Under the pieces are notes generated by a model. That model ran no database searches, was not told the DNA's origin, and saw nothing but the letters and a program-made list of their open reading frames with translations. From positions 26,403-90,402 of the forward strand of contig CBDTUI010000001.1 in assembly GCA_965363765.1 (NCBI GenBank): a DNA stretch of 64,000 nt. The letters run 5' to 3'. The position numbers and the translations under genes are program-made. This DNA comes from an uncultured Acidimicrobiia bacterium (GTDB lineage Bacteria; Actinomycetota; Acidimicrobiia; Spongiisociales; JAENVV01). Shown in pieces: positions 10,105 to 19,214 of the stretch; the stretch's first letter is position 1, and each line of letters starts with the position of its first letter.

Positions 10105-10968
10105 ATGATGTACGAGAAAGCCTTCAAGCAAATTCACGGCAAACAGATGGCCTATATCGACATCGGCGAAGGTGATCCAATCGTGTTTCTGCACGGCAAT
10201 CCAACCTCGTCGTTCCTATGGCGATCCGTCATGGCCGAACTCGAGGGACACGGACGCCTCATCGCCCCCGACCTCATCGGAATGGGCGATTCCGACAAAC
10301 TCGACGATCCGGGTCCAGATTCGTATACGTTTGTTGAGCACCGGCGTTTTCTTGACGAACTCCTCGACCAGCTAGATCTCGGTGACGCAGTGACGCTCGT
10401 CATCCACGACTGGGGTTCGGGTCTCGGCTTCGACTGGGCCAACCGCCACCGGACTCGGGTCAAGGCGATTGCCTACATGGAAGCCATCGTCAAGCCAGTC
10501 ACATGGGAGGAGTGGCCCGAGTCGGCTCGCCAATTCTTCCAGGGGCTTCGGTCAGAAGCCGGAGAATCGATGGTCCTCGTAAAGAACATGTTCGTTGAGA
10601 GGGTGCTGCCCAGCTCGATCCTCCGACCGCTCACCGACGAAGAGATGACCGAGTACCGAAGGCCCTACCTTGCGGCCGGGGAGTCACGTCGCCCCACGCT
10701 GACCTGGCCCCGACAGATTCCCATTGCAGGAACGCCTTCCGACGTGCACGACATCGTGGCGGCATATTCCCAGTGGTTGGCCGACTCGGATGTACCCAAG
10801 TACTTCTTCAACGCTGATCCCGGATCGATTCTCATCGGAGACCAGCGCGAGTTTTGTCGGAGTTGGCCAAATCAGCAGGAGATGACCGTGGCGGGCCTGC
10901 ACTTCATCCAAGAGGATTCCGGCGCCGAGATCGGGCGCGAGCTAGCCAGATGGCTTCCCAGGCTGTGA
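10105..10968 (+). CDS. dhaA: Haloalkane dehalogenase (HLD-II, DhaA/DmbA-like alpha/beta hydrolase)
   Basis: [27 protein letters not shown], nucleophile elbow [10 protein letters not shown]-terminal [21 protein letters not shown]. Colinear with Rhodococcus DhaA and Mycobacterium DmbA. Confidence 0.88.
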   Translation: MMYEKAFKQIHGKQMAYIDIGEGDPIVFLHGNPTSSFLWRSVMAELEGHGRLIAPDLIGMGDSDKLDDPGPDSYTFVEHRRFLDELLDQLDLGDAVTLVIHDWGSGLGFDWANRHRTRVKAIAYMEAIVKPVTWEEWPESARQFFQGLRSEAGESMVLVKNMFVERVLPSSILRPLTDEEMTEYRRPYLAAGESRRPTLTWPRQIPIAGTPSDVHDIVAAYSQWLADSDVPKYFFNADPGSILIGDQREFCRSWPNQQEMTVAGLHFIQEDSGAEIGRELARWLPRL

Positions 10969-10990
10969 ACCGCGTTGGGAGCGGCGCTGT

Positions 10991-11617
10991 TTAGGTCTCA
11001 AACTCGATCACGTCGGGGTCTTCGTAAAGAGCCTGCATAAGCGCTCGATGGGCAGTCTGAGTCCCGATCACGTCGAAGTGGGCGATTAGCCGCTCGCGAT
11101 CCTTCGCTTCCTTGAAGGAGCGCACGCGTAGTCCAAGTTCCACAATCCGGTCGCGGAGAGCGTCGAGCTTCGGATGGCCGGCGGTTGTGACGATGCGATA
11201 GATCATATGGCCCGACCGTCGATCGATCATGACTTCCGCTTTGGGCAGAGCGACGAGCACAACCATCATGACGGCAAACGTGGCCATGCTGGCCAAGTAT
11301 TCGCCCGCTCCGATTCCCATGCCCAGTGCCGCTGCTACCCAGATCGTGGCGGCGGTCGTGATGCCGGAGACATTGCCGTTGTGCTTGAAGATGACCCCGC
11401 CACCGAGAAACCCGACGCCCGCCACTATTCCGGCCGCTACCCGGCCCGGGTCGTTGGTGCTGCCGGCTAAATCCTCTGAGATCATCGTGAAGAGGGTGGC
11501 GCCCAAGGTGATGAGCAGGATCGTGCGAAATCCGGCTGCTTTGTCGCGGTATTCCCGCTCGGCGCCGACGATTCCGCCGACGAGCACGGCCAGGGTGAGT
11601 TTGAGGGCGAGTTCCAT
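10991..11617 (-). CDS. mgtC: MgtC/SapB family membrane protein
   Basis: N-terminus MELALKLTLAVLVGGIVGAEREYRDKAAGFRT and a soluble C-terminal domain. Confidence 0.85.
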   Translation of the reverse strand: MELALKLTLAVLVGGIVGAEREYRDKAAGFRTILLITLGATLFTMISEDLAGSTNDPGRVAAGIVAGVGFLGGGVIFKHNGNVSGITTAATIWVAAALGMGIGAGEYLASMATFAVMMVVLVALPKAEVMIDRRSGHMIYRIVTTAGHPKLDALRDRIVELGLRVRSFKEAKDRERLIAHFDVIGTQTAHRALMQALYEDPDVIEFET

Positions 11618-11677
11618 CGGTTGAATGTATCAGCTGGTCGCAGGTGCAGCCAAGCCTGGGCTAAACCCTGACACGAA

Positions 11678-12133
11678 TTAGCCCTTGCGGATCTGTTCTT
11701 CGAGGAAGGCGATCCGTTGGCGAATCCACACCACTGCGCTGTGCGGATCGGCTGAACCCTGCTCGTCGGCGATGGCGTCGATGGCGTTCAGCGTGCCCCT
11801 GACGGAACCCTCGCCGGCCATAGCCAGTTCTATGCCCTGAGTTGGAAACCGGGCCAGATGGGCTCGGAGCCCCTCGAGTTCGCGTTTCATGTCGGCCACG
11901 GAGAGAGGAGCATGCGATCGGAGTATGTCACGAAGGCCGTCGCGTTCCTCCGTCATGGCCGCAAGGGACGCTATATCTCCGGGGTTGGAGCGGGCCTTCT
12001 CTATTTCGCCGGCAAGCTCGCCGAGGCGGCTCAGAATGTCGTCTCGTTTCAATGTTTCTCCCTTGGGATGCCCCGATGGTAGGTGAAGGCCGTCCCGCGC
12101 GTCGGGCCATCCGCCAATTCTGCCCACCGCCAC
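11678..12133 (-). CDS. Hypothetical protein (coiled-coil/acidic). The start is uncertain.
   Basis: ORF with coding-like composition. The track ORF start at 12154 lies inside a palindromic repeat, so I propose GTG 12133 instead. No family recognised. Confidence 0.3.
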   Translation of the reverse strand: MAVGRIGGWPDARDGLHLPSGHPKGETLKRDDILSRLGELAGEIEKARSNPGDIASLAAMTEERDGLRDILRSHAPLSVADMKRELEGLRAHLARFPTQGIELAMAGEGSVRGTLNAIDAIADEQGSADPHSAVVWIRQRIAFLEEQIRKG

Positions 12134-12137
12134 CCGA

Positions 12138-12210
12138 TCTTGGGGCTCCAGCACCCATTATCGGGCGCAGGAACCCAGGGTTCAACCCTGGGTTCGGGTA
12201 GGGGGGGTAG
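12138..12210. repeat. Solo copy (inverted orientation) of the ~60-65 bp palindromic repeat family that is also present as a tandem array at 55759-55947
   Basis: TCTTGGGGCTCCAGCACCCATTATCGGGCGCAGGAACCCAGGGTTCAACCCTGGGTTC followed by a G-rich tail. This is the reverse complement of the unit at 55881-55947. It contains the near-palindrome GAACCCAGGGTTC/GAACCCTGGGTTC. Confidence 0.8.
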
Positions 12211-12220
12211 CCTGGCTCGC

Positions 12221-13642
12221 ATGGATCAGTTTGCACAACGTAGAGCTCAGTTCGCCGAAGCGATTGGAGACGGAGTCGCCATCATTCCGGCGGGACGTGA
12301 CACCACCCGCAACGACGACGTCGACCACGAGTTTCGCCAGGACTCGACGTTCTATTTCCTCACCGGGTTCTCGGAACCCGACGCCGTCGCGATCCTTCAT
12401 CCGTCCCACCCCAGCGCTTCGTACACGCTGTTTGTGCGGCCCCGCGACCGCGAGATGGAAATCTGGAACGGATACCGGGCCGGCACCGAGGGAGCCAAGA
12501 AGGAATACGGAGCCGACGAGGCATATCCGATTGGGGAACTGTCAACCAAACTGAACGACCACCTGATTGGTACCGACACGATCCTCTACCGAACAGGGGG
12601 CCCGCTCGACGAGATGGTTTTGGGGATGATGCAATCGCTTCGGCCGCTCGCCGAACGATACGGACGAACCATCCCCACCCGGTTGGTCGACCCTTCGCCG
12701 ACGCTCGACGAGATGCGACTGCGCAAGTCAGACCCAGAACTGGCTCACCTGCGTAGGGCCTGTGACATATCGGTTCTCGGACACGAAGCGGCCATGCGGT
12801 TCGCCAAGCCGGGAGTGTACGAGTACCAAATCCAGGCAGCCATGGAACACGTCTTTCGCCAGGAGGGGTCACCCCGCAATGGCTATCCATCGATCGTGGC
12901 CTCTGGGCCGAATGCCTGCATCCTGCATTACACCGAGAACGACCGCCAGGTCGAAGATGGTGACCTGGTGCTCATCGACGCAGCGGCCGAATCGGGTCAC
13001 TTCTCTTCGGATATCACCCGAACCTTCCCGGCCAATGGACGGTTTACCAAACCCCAGCGAGCCGTATACGACGTCGTGCTTGGCGCCCATCGGGCCTCGA
13101 TCGGCGACGCAAAAGCGGGCAACACGCATCGCGACATGCACGAAACCGCCAAGAAAGCCATCACGGAAGGACTCATCGACCTCGGCCTACTGCCGCAAGG
13201 TCTCGAAGACTCGCTGAGTATGCACCACTATCGCGAGTACTTCATGCACGGAACCGGTCACTGGCTTGGCATGGACGTGCACGATGCCGGATCGGTTCAG
13301 ATTGGCAATGACTCACGGACCCTTGAGGTCGGAATGTCATTCACGGTCGAGCCGGGCATTTACATTGCGCCAGATCAAGAGGCCGTCGACTTCGTGTTGA
13401 TGGAGTACGACTCATCGGCGCGCTACGAACGGCGTTATCGCATCGGCGCCGAGGCTGCCAAAAAGCTTGAAGAAGAAGAGATGAAGGACGCCCCCCGGGT
13501 TAGCCATGAGATCCCTGCCGAATTTCGGGGAATTGGGGTCCGCATCGAGGACGATATCGCTATCACAGCAGCTGGCCCCGAGAACTTGACCGCCGCTCTA
13601 CCGGTCGATCCCGATGAGGTCGAAGCGATCTGTCAGAACTGA
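12221..13642 (+). CDS. pepP: Xaa-Pro aminopeptidase (M24B family)
   Basis: An N-terminal creatinase-like domain plus the pita-bread domain with HGTGHWLGMDVHD. The start is set to ATG 12221 downstream of the repeat; the track ORF starts at 12083 inside the repeat. Confidence 0.85.
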   Translation: MDQFAQRRAQFAEAIGDGVAIIPAGRDTTRNDDVDHEFRQDSTFYFLTGFSEPDAVAILHPSHPSASYTLFVRPRDREMEIWNGYRAGTEGAKKEYGADEAYPIGELSTKLNDHLIGTDTILYRTGGPLDEMVLGMMQSLRPLAERYGRTIPTRLVDPSPTLDEMRLRKSDPELAHLRRACDISVLGHEAAMRFAKPGVYEYQIQAAMEHVFRQEGSPRNGYPSIVASGPNACILHYTENDRQVEDGDLVLIDAAAESGHFSSDITRTFPANGRFTKPQRAVYDVVLGAHRASIGDAKAGNTHRDMHETAKKAITEGLIDLGLLPQGLEDSLSMHHYREYFMHGTGHWLGMDVHDAGSVQIGNDSRTLEVGMSFTVEPGIYIAPDQEAVDFVLMEYDSSARYERRYRIGAEAAKKLEEEEMKDAPRVSHEIPAEFRGIGVRIEDDIAITAAGPENLTAALPVDPDEVEAICQN

Positions 13643-14268
13643 TCGTTGAGGCTCAGCTCGCCTGCCGCCGCCCTGCGCAAGGCGGTCCTAAGCGTGCTGT
13701 CCGCAAACAACGCCTGGTCGATCGGTAACGGGACTGACATTCTGAGGAGATCGTCCTCGAGCTCGACTTGGGCGCCCGCCTTCGACAGGCTGTCTACAAC
13801 GGCCCGGTTGTCGGGAAGAACGTAGGCAGTGAAAACTGCAACGCCGTTGGTCATGGCGACTTCGGTGAGTTCTTGCAGTAGTCGGGTACCGATTCCGCGA
13901 CCGTGGTGGGAATCGATGACGATGAGGGCCGCCTCGGCAGCCGTTGGATCTTGGGTATCGCGAACATAGCGGGCTACGCCGACCCCGACGCCGTTGTCCA
14001 ATACCGCCACGAGCGCCACATGGTCCTGCCCGTCGACGTCGACGAGGTAGTCGAGTTCGGCGTCTGTGAGTCGGTCGACGCCGCGCATAAACCGAAAGAA
14101 GCGGCTCTGTTGACTCGTCTCTTCGAACCCGGCGACCAATTGGGCGCGATCCTCAGGCAGGATCGGGCGGATGGTGATGGTCTCGCCATCGGGGAGTTGG
14201 GTTTGCACGGCGCCATTCTCGCACGAACCGGTAAGCTCATTGTCATGGCACGACCAAGCTTCAAACAT
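13633..14268 (-). CDS. GNAT family N-acetyltransferase
   Basis: Acetyl-CoA-binding motif LLQELTEVA...GRGIGTRL (Q/RxxGxG/A). 211 aa. Confidence 0.75.
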   Translation of the reverse strand: MFEAWSCHDNELTGSCENGAVQTQLPDGETITIRPILPEDRAQLVAGFEETSQQSRFFRFMRGVDRLTDAELDYLVDVDGQDHVALVAVLDNGVGVGVARYVRDTQDPTAAEAALIVIDSHHGRGIGTRLLQELTEVAMTNGVAVFTAYVLPDNRAVVDSLSKAGAQVELEDDLLRMSVPLPIDQALFADSTLRTALRRAAAGELSLNDQF

Positions 14269-14468
14269 CTCGCCGGTAACTGGGCGAACTCAGAGCTACC
14301 CCTAGCTCAAAAGATTCGACTGACTATCAAGAACAACGCAATCAAGATCAAGAACGGATCGAACTGCTGCGGAAATCACGGCGAACCCGGTTGTTGAGTG
14401 GGTCCTGACGCCTCCGGTTCGGATGGCCATGCACATACCCACGACGACGATCATGGTCATGGCCACAA

Positions 14469-14993
14469 TTAGTTGACGATGGAATAACGCACTAGCTCGG
14501 CCCCGTCGTTGGTCCACCACTGTTTCTCGAGCGCCATACCAACCCGTTCCGCTACCCCCCGCGAGGCCTCGTTTTCGGCCAGAGCGTTGGCAAAAATCGT
14601 CCGTACCCCGACCACGTCGAACGCGTACGAGATAATGGTGTCGACCGCTTCAGAGGCGTAGCCCTGTCGTTGGTACTTCCGGGCGATGGTGTATCCGACG
14701 TCGGCGGTTGAAGGGTCGGAAGCACGTACGTGGAGGCCCACGTCGCCAACTGTCACGCCGGTTTCCTTATCGACGACAGCGAACTGGTGCCACTCGCCGG
14801 GCGTTCCTGGCGGGATATTCGCCAACTCGTCGAAGAAGTCGTGAGCTTCGTCCTCGGTGTATGGCATGTCCCACCCCTGGAGACGGGCGATCTCGGGGTC
14901 GTTGCGATATTCGAGAAACAGGGCCAGGTCCCGTTCGTCGAAGGTTCGGAGGCCGATCCGATCGGTCTCTGCCAGCCAGTTGCTACTGCCCAA
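14469..14993 (-). CDS. GNAT family N-acetyltransferase (RimJ/RimL-like). The start is uncertain.
   Basis: ETDRIGLRTFDERDLALFLEYRNDPE...YQRQGYASEAV typical of RimL-type acetyltransferases. The likely start is TTG near 14993; the track ORF extends to 15131 and overlaps uppS. Confidence 0.65.
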   Translation of the reverse strand: MGSSNWLAETDRIGLRTFDERDLALFLEYRNDPEIARLQGWDMPYTEDEAHDFFDELANIPPGTPGEWHQFAVVDKETGVTVGDVGLHVRASDPSTADVGYTIARKYQRQGYASEAVDTIISYAFDVVGVRTIFANALAENEASRGVAERVGMALEKQWWTNDGAELVRYSIVN

Positions 14994-15840
14994 AACGACG
15001 CTCTCGTTGGGCGAAATCGCGTAGGGACCGGAGGAAATCAACTCTGCGGAAGGCTGGCCAGTGCACGTCAACGAATGAGAACTCGGCGTAGGCAGATTGC
15101 CAGAGGAGGAAGCCAGACAGGCGCGACTCACCGGAAGTGCGGATGATGAGTTCGGCGTCTGGCAGGTCGGAGAGATACATGTGGGCTGCCAGTGACTCCC
15201 GGGTTACCTTGGCAGCGATTTCGTCAGGGGTGATCCCCGCTCGGAGTAAATCCGCCATCAGCTCCCTGGCGGCGTCGACGATTTCTTGTTGGCCCCCGTA
15301 TCCCATTGCAATGTTGAGTTGGCGAGTGCCGGTGGGCCGGGCTGCGGTCATCTCTTTGGCGGAGCGGACGAGGTCGTCGGGGAGCAAATCAAGCGAGCCG
15401 ATGACCCGCAGGGATATGTCGTAATGCTCGGCTAGCAGCGGCAGTCTTGCGAAGAGATCCTTGAGCACGTCGAAGTAGGGAAGTAACTCAGACTCGGGGC
15501 GGGTCATGTTCTGCGGCGACAGAACCCAGCCGGTGACGGTCTCGATGCCGATCTTCTGCGACCACTCGATGAACTGTTCGAATTTGGCCATGCCTTCGCG
15601 ATAGCTCGCCGCGTAATCAGGCAGCCGCTGAGTGCGTGCGTACCGCCGATGCCCGTCGAGGATCACGCCGATATGGCGAGGGAGACGGGTTGAGTCGAGT
15701 CCCCGTTCGAGCTGGCGCTCGTACAGTCGGTAGAGGGGACGGGATAGGACAGATTGGCTCACGCCTTTATGGTACCGACCTGGATGCTGCGTGTCTCTAT
15801 AACTCGGAGCGGTTCCATGCAGTGGAAAGAGCATCGGCAT
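14983..15840 (-). CDS. uppS: Isoprenyl transferase (undecaprenyl/decaprenyl-diphosphate synthase, cis-prenyltransferase)
   Basis: HIGVILDGHRRYA substrate-binding motif and C-terminal RFGQ, as in the UPP synthase family. Confidence 0.88.
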   Translation of the reverse strand: MPMLFPLHGTAPSYRDTQHPGRYHKGVSQSVLSRPLYRLYERQLERGLDSTRLPRHIGVILDGHRRYARTQRLPDYAASYREGMAKFEQFIEWSQKIGIETVTGWVLSPQNMTRPESELLPYFDVLKDLFARLPLLAEHYDISLRVIGSLDLLPDDLVRSAKEMTAARPTGTRQLNIAMGYGGQQEIVDAARELMADLLRAGITPDEIAAKVTRESLAAHMYLSDLPDAELIIRTSGESRLSGFLLWQSAYAEFSFVDVHWPAFRRVDFLRSLRDFAQRERRFGQ

Positions 15841-16459
15841 ATTCGTTCCAGCGGGATCCGTCGTGGGCCCTGATCCAGGTGAACGTGATCTCGGGCCGTG
15901 CTTTCGCTAGGCGATACAGTTCTTGGACCAAATCAAGGTTCTTGATCGGACCGCTCTTGCGCTTCCATCCGTTGCGCTCCCAGCCAGCAGCCCAGGTGTT
16001 GACCGTCTGGACGCACAGGTTCGAGTCCGAGTACATGGTCACAGAACTGCCCTCTGGGACGAGGGCGACTCCCTCGATGAGAGCGGTCAGCTCCATACGA
16101 TTATTGGTCGTATCCGGATCGTGGCCGTACGCCTGGCCGATCACATCACCATCGACGACGTAAACCGCCCCCCAGCCACCAGGGCCGGGATTGGGTACCG
16201 AGGAACCGTCGGTGAATACACCGGTTGCCGGTCCGTCGGCGAACTCGACGAGAACTTGAGCCACGGTCAGCGATTGGGACGACGTCCTTGATTTGGTCCG
16301 TTTGGGCGATGCGGATCCCGACGCCCTCGGCGAGGTCCTATTCGGGGTACCGTTGCGGCAGTCGAGGCATTGCGATGGTGTCCAGTTCTCATACCGATCA
16401 ACAATGTCCTGCCTGACCGAAAACGATTTTCCACAGAGGTTGCATACATACTGCGGCAT
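15797..16459 (-). CDS. rnhA: Ribonuclease HI with an N-terminal CxxC...CxxC zinc-ribbon extension
   Basis: RNase H core: TDGSSVPNPGPGGWGAVYV, NNRMELTALIEG, IRAHDGSRWNEYAD. Preceded by MPQYVCNLCGKSF...CLDCRNG and a basic Ser/Thr-rich linker. The start is coupled to the kinase stop (TGATG). Confidence 0.85.
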   Translation of the reverse strand: MPQYVCNLCGKSFSVRQDIVDRYENWTPSQCLDCRNGTPNRTSPRASGSASPKRTKSRTSSQSLTVAQVLVEFADGPATGVFTDGSSVPNPGPGGWGAVYVVDGDVIGQAYGHDPDTTNNRMELTALIEGVALVPEGSSVTMYSDSNLCVQTVNTWAAGWERNGWKRKSGPIKNLDLVQELYRLAKARPEITFTWIRAHDGSRWNEYADALSTAWNRSEL

Positions 16460-17856
16460 CAGGTGGCTTTCGGGAGTGAGAAGATAAACGAGCTCAGCCC
16501 ATTCTTGCGCTGATAGGTGACGTCACCCTCCATGAGGCGAGCCAGTTGCCTGGCGACGACCAGTCCGAGGCTGAGCCGATCAGGTTGCCGCTCGGCCTCC
16601 GCATCGTTGCGATACGGCTCGAAGATGTTGCCGGGATTGTCGAGTCGGATCCCGGGGCCGTCATCGTGAATGGCAACCTGAACGGTGTCGAATGTTGACT
16701 CAACCGTCACAAATACCTCTCCGCCGCCGTGGGTGACTGCGTTCCCGACCAGGTTCCTGATGATCTGAACGCAACGAAAGCGGTCTCCTTTGGCGAATAT
16801 TGTTTCGCCAATCACACGTACTCCACCTGCCGGGAAGGAAGCGATGACCTCCCTTGTGAGTTTGTTGATATCGAATCGCGCCGGTGTGAATTCGACGCTC
16901 CCGACGTCCACCTTTGCAGCGACGATGAGGTCCTCGATGCGAAACATGAGAACCCCGGCCTGGGTGGCGATGGTGTCGATCAGCTCGTCCTGTTCCGGCT
17001 CCGTGAAGCTCGTTCGATTGTCCTTGAGCTCCTGAGCGAATCCGACCACTGCCGACAATGGAGTCCGCAGTTCGTGGGCGATAGAAGCTACGAATTCATC
17101 CTTCGTACTCACCATGTGTCCGTGCATTTCGACTTGTTCTGCCTGGCGTTGAGCAGTGATGTCTCGCGCAGCGCCGACGACATCGCCATCGTCCGCGGAT
17201 AGGCGGATCTCGTAGGTTCGGTCGCCGCCGCCGAAGTCGGCTTCGCCTATCACGACCTGAACGTCACCGGTATCGATTGCCGACGTGGTCCCGACCAGCA
17301 GCGCAGCCGCAAATTCTTCCGGGAGAAAATCGCCAAAATTTCGGAACAGATACTTGGCTTTGTCCAGCGTACCGATGGCTCCATATATCTCGACGAGTCG
17401 GCCGGCCGAGGTCACTCGAAAGATGGCATCGGGAGCAGCTTCGAGCAGAGATCTGAGTCTCTCCTCGGACCGCACCGCTGCCGCGTCGGCCTTCTGGTCG
17501 GCGCGCTCATAGATCTCTAGCCTGCGAACAATCAGGTAGTACCGACCGAAGACCAGGCTCACGAACACGAGGGACAAGGTGATCAGGGCTCTCGTGAGGG
17601 TGACGGGACCCTCTTCGTTGCGGACCCCCGACAGATAGTCGAGTACGAACGTATTGAACGGAAAGGCGAGCGTGGTTGCCGCCAGCCCTGCTCGGCTCCC
17701 GTAGAAACTCGCAACGAGTGCGACCGGCAGGACGGAAACGAAGGCGGCTGCGTCGCCAAGCTCGCTACCAAAGATGTAAAAGATGAGCGCCGAAAACGCC
17801 ACGGCGAGGGCCACGAAGAGGGCGTGGCGAGTTGTTTGAGCCGAGAGGGAGGTCAT
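16459..17856 (-). CDS. Sensor histidine kinase (membrane-anchored, PAS-like, HisKA plus HATPase_c)
   Basis: N-terminal TM helices. H-box IAHELRTPLSAV. N/G boxes RNLVGNAVTHGGG...DDGPGI. No response regulator is adjacent. Confidence 0.85.
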   Translation of the reverse strand: MTSLSAQTTRHALFVALAVAFSALIFYIFGSELGDAAAFVSVLPVALVASFYGSRAGLAATTLAFPFNTFVLDYLSGVRNEEGPVTLTRALITLSLVFVSLVFGRYYLIVRRLEIYERADQKADAAAVRSEERLRSLLEAAPDAIFRVTSAGRLVEIYGAIGTLDKAKYLFRNFGDFLPEEFAAALLVGTTSAIDTGDVQVVIGEADFGGGDRTYEIRLSADDGDVVGAARDITAQRQAEQVEMHGHMVSTKDEFVASIAHELRTPLSAVVGFAQELKDNRTSFTEPEQDELIDTIATQAGVLMFRIEDLIVAAKVDVGSVEFTPARFDINKLTREVIASFPAGGVRVIGETIFAKGDRFRCVQIIRNLVGNAVTHGGGEVFVTVESTFDTVQVAIHDDGPGIRLDNPGNIFEPYRNDAEAERQPDRLSLGLVVARQLARLMEGDVTYQRKNGLSSFIFSLPKAT

Positions 17857-18028
17857 GATCGACGCTCAGGATATCGGCGTCGGCACGGAGGAACCACTTC
17901 TGTTGGTTTTGTGTCCTGAATAGACTCCCCCTCGTAGCCGCAGTCTCTGTTGCCAAAATCCGGTGCTTAACGTGAGCGACCACCCCGAAGGGCGGTCGCT
18001 ATGGTCGGGCTAACACAGGAGGCTGAAC

Positions 18029-18070
18029 GTGTTATGCAATGATCTTCGGCACATGAAGGCTTTAACTTGA
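18029..18070 (+). other. Putative 13-codon upstream ORF (MLCNDLRHMKALT) translationally coupled to pyrE
   Basis: AGGAGG at 18017-18022 lies 6 nt before GTG 18029. The stop TGA at 18068-18070 overlaps the pyrE ATG (UGAUG). Confidence 0.35.
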
Positions 18071-18627
18071 TGGATTTATCAGAACCGGTTCGTCGCCTCA
18101 AAGAGCATCTGATGGCCGACGCGATTCGCCAGGACGGTCCGTTTACGCTCCGCTCTGGTGCGATCTCATCGTGGTACCTCGACGGACGCCAAACCACGTT
18201 CAACGGGCGTGGTGCCCGGTTGGTCGGCGAGGCTGTTTTGTCTCGTCTCGACCAGGACGCGGTTGCGGTCGGCGGCATGACGATGGGAGCAGATCCAATC
18301 GCGGTCGCCTCGGCCATGTTGTCCACAGACGACCGTCGCCCCCTGAACGCATTCTCGATTCGGAAAGAAGCCAAGGACCACGGCACCGGCGGACGATTGG
18401 TCGGTCCGGTGAAGTCAGGGGATAGGGTGGCGATCCTCGAGGACACGACCACTACCACCGGAGCGTTTATGGAAGCCATCGACGCCGCCGAAGCCGACGG
18501 TCTCGTGGTGATCCAAGCGATCTGTCTTGTTGACCGATCGAGCGGCCTAGCAACAGAGAAGATGGCGGCCAGGGGAATCCCCTATGTGGCGTTGCTGACG
18601 CCCGAGACGCTGGGTCTGGGCGCATGA
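18067..18627 (+). CDS. pyrE: Orotate phosphoribosyltransferase
   Basis: PRPP-binding motif VAILEDTTTTGAFM. 185-186 aa. The start is TTG 18067 or ATG 18070. Confidence 0.9.
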   Translation: MMDLSEPVRRLKEHLMADAIRQDGPFTLRSGAISSWYLDGRQTTFNGRGARLVGEAVLSRLDQDAVAVGGMTMGADPIAVASAMLSTDDRRPLNAFSIRKEAKDHGTGGRLVGPVKSGDRVAILEDTTTTTGAFMEAIDAAEADGLVVIQAICLVDRSSGLATEKMAARGIPYVALLTPETLGLGA

Positions 18628-19214
18628 TTGTTCGCGTAAAACCCCATCGAACCTTTGCATGGGCGATCCTTGGATTGCTGGGAGCGACCATCCTTGCCGA
18701 TTTTCTGGTCGGCGGTCTTATGGCGAGTGGGGCGACGTGGTTGCAGAGCACCCCGATTGCCACCTGGATTACTGAACGGTTTGGCGTGCCGTTCTCGCTC
18801 GGTGAAATCGATGCGTTTGAGGCTCGGGATTTTCTGTGGGCGGCCGCATACGGGACGCTGGGACTCGGACTCGTGATCCATGGGTTGCGGGATCTGCTGG
18901 TGCCGCGCAAAGTCTTGGTCGCCGACGATGAAGGTATCTCGGTTCATCTGTCCGGATGGTTTGGACGGACCACTCGGATTCCCTGGCCCGTGATTGACGA
19001 CATTCGAGGAGGGCGACTCACGCATCTCGATGCCGTATCGGAAGCATTGATGGTCACGGTCACCTCCAACGAAGGCATCCCGAGCGATCCATGGGGTGCA
19101 AGGTGGATAGATGACAACACCCTGGCGATCGTCGCTCGACATTGGACGAAAACGCCAGACGCCGTCGCCGAAGGATTGAAAGACCTGGCGTTGCAGGCGA
19201 AGACGGCCCTGTGA
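18624..19214 (+). CDS. Membrane protein with two N-terminal TM helices and a putative bacterial PH (bPH_2/YdbS-like) domain
   Basis: Two hydrophobic helices followed by a ~120 aa soluble domain. Overlaps the pyrE stop and the nfo start. Confidence 0.4.
   Translation: MIVRVKPHRTFAWAILGLLGATILADFLVGGLMASGATWLQSTPIATWITERFGVPFSLGEIDAFEARDFLWAAAYGTLGLGLVIHGLRDLLVPRKVLVADDEGISVHLSGWFGRTTRIPWPVIDDIRGGRLTHLDAVSEALMVTVTSNEGIPSDPWGARWIDDNTLAIVARHWTKTPDAVAEGLKDLALQAKTAL

Noticed and set aside
12360-12890. ORF 12360..12890 minus strand (176 aa) and 12762..13217 plus strand
   Set aside because: They fall inside the pepP coding region in alternate frames. The products are Arg/Pro/Trp-rich nonsense.
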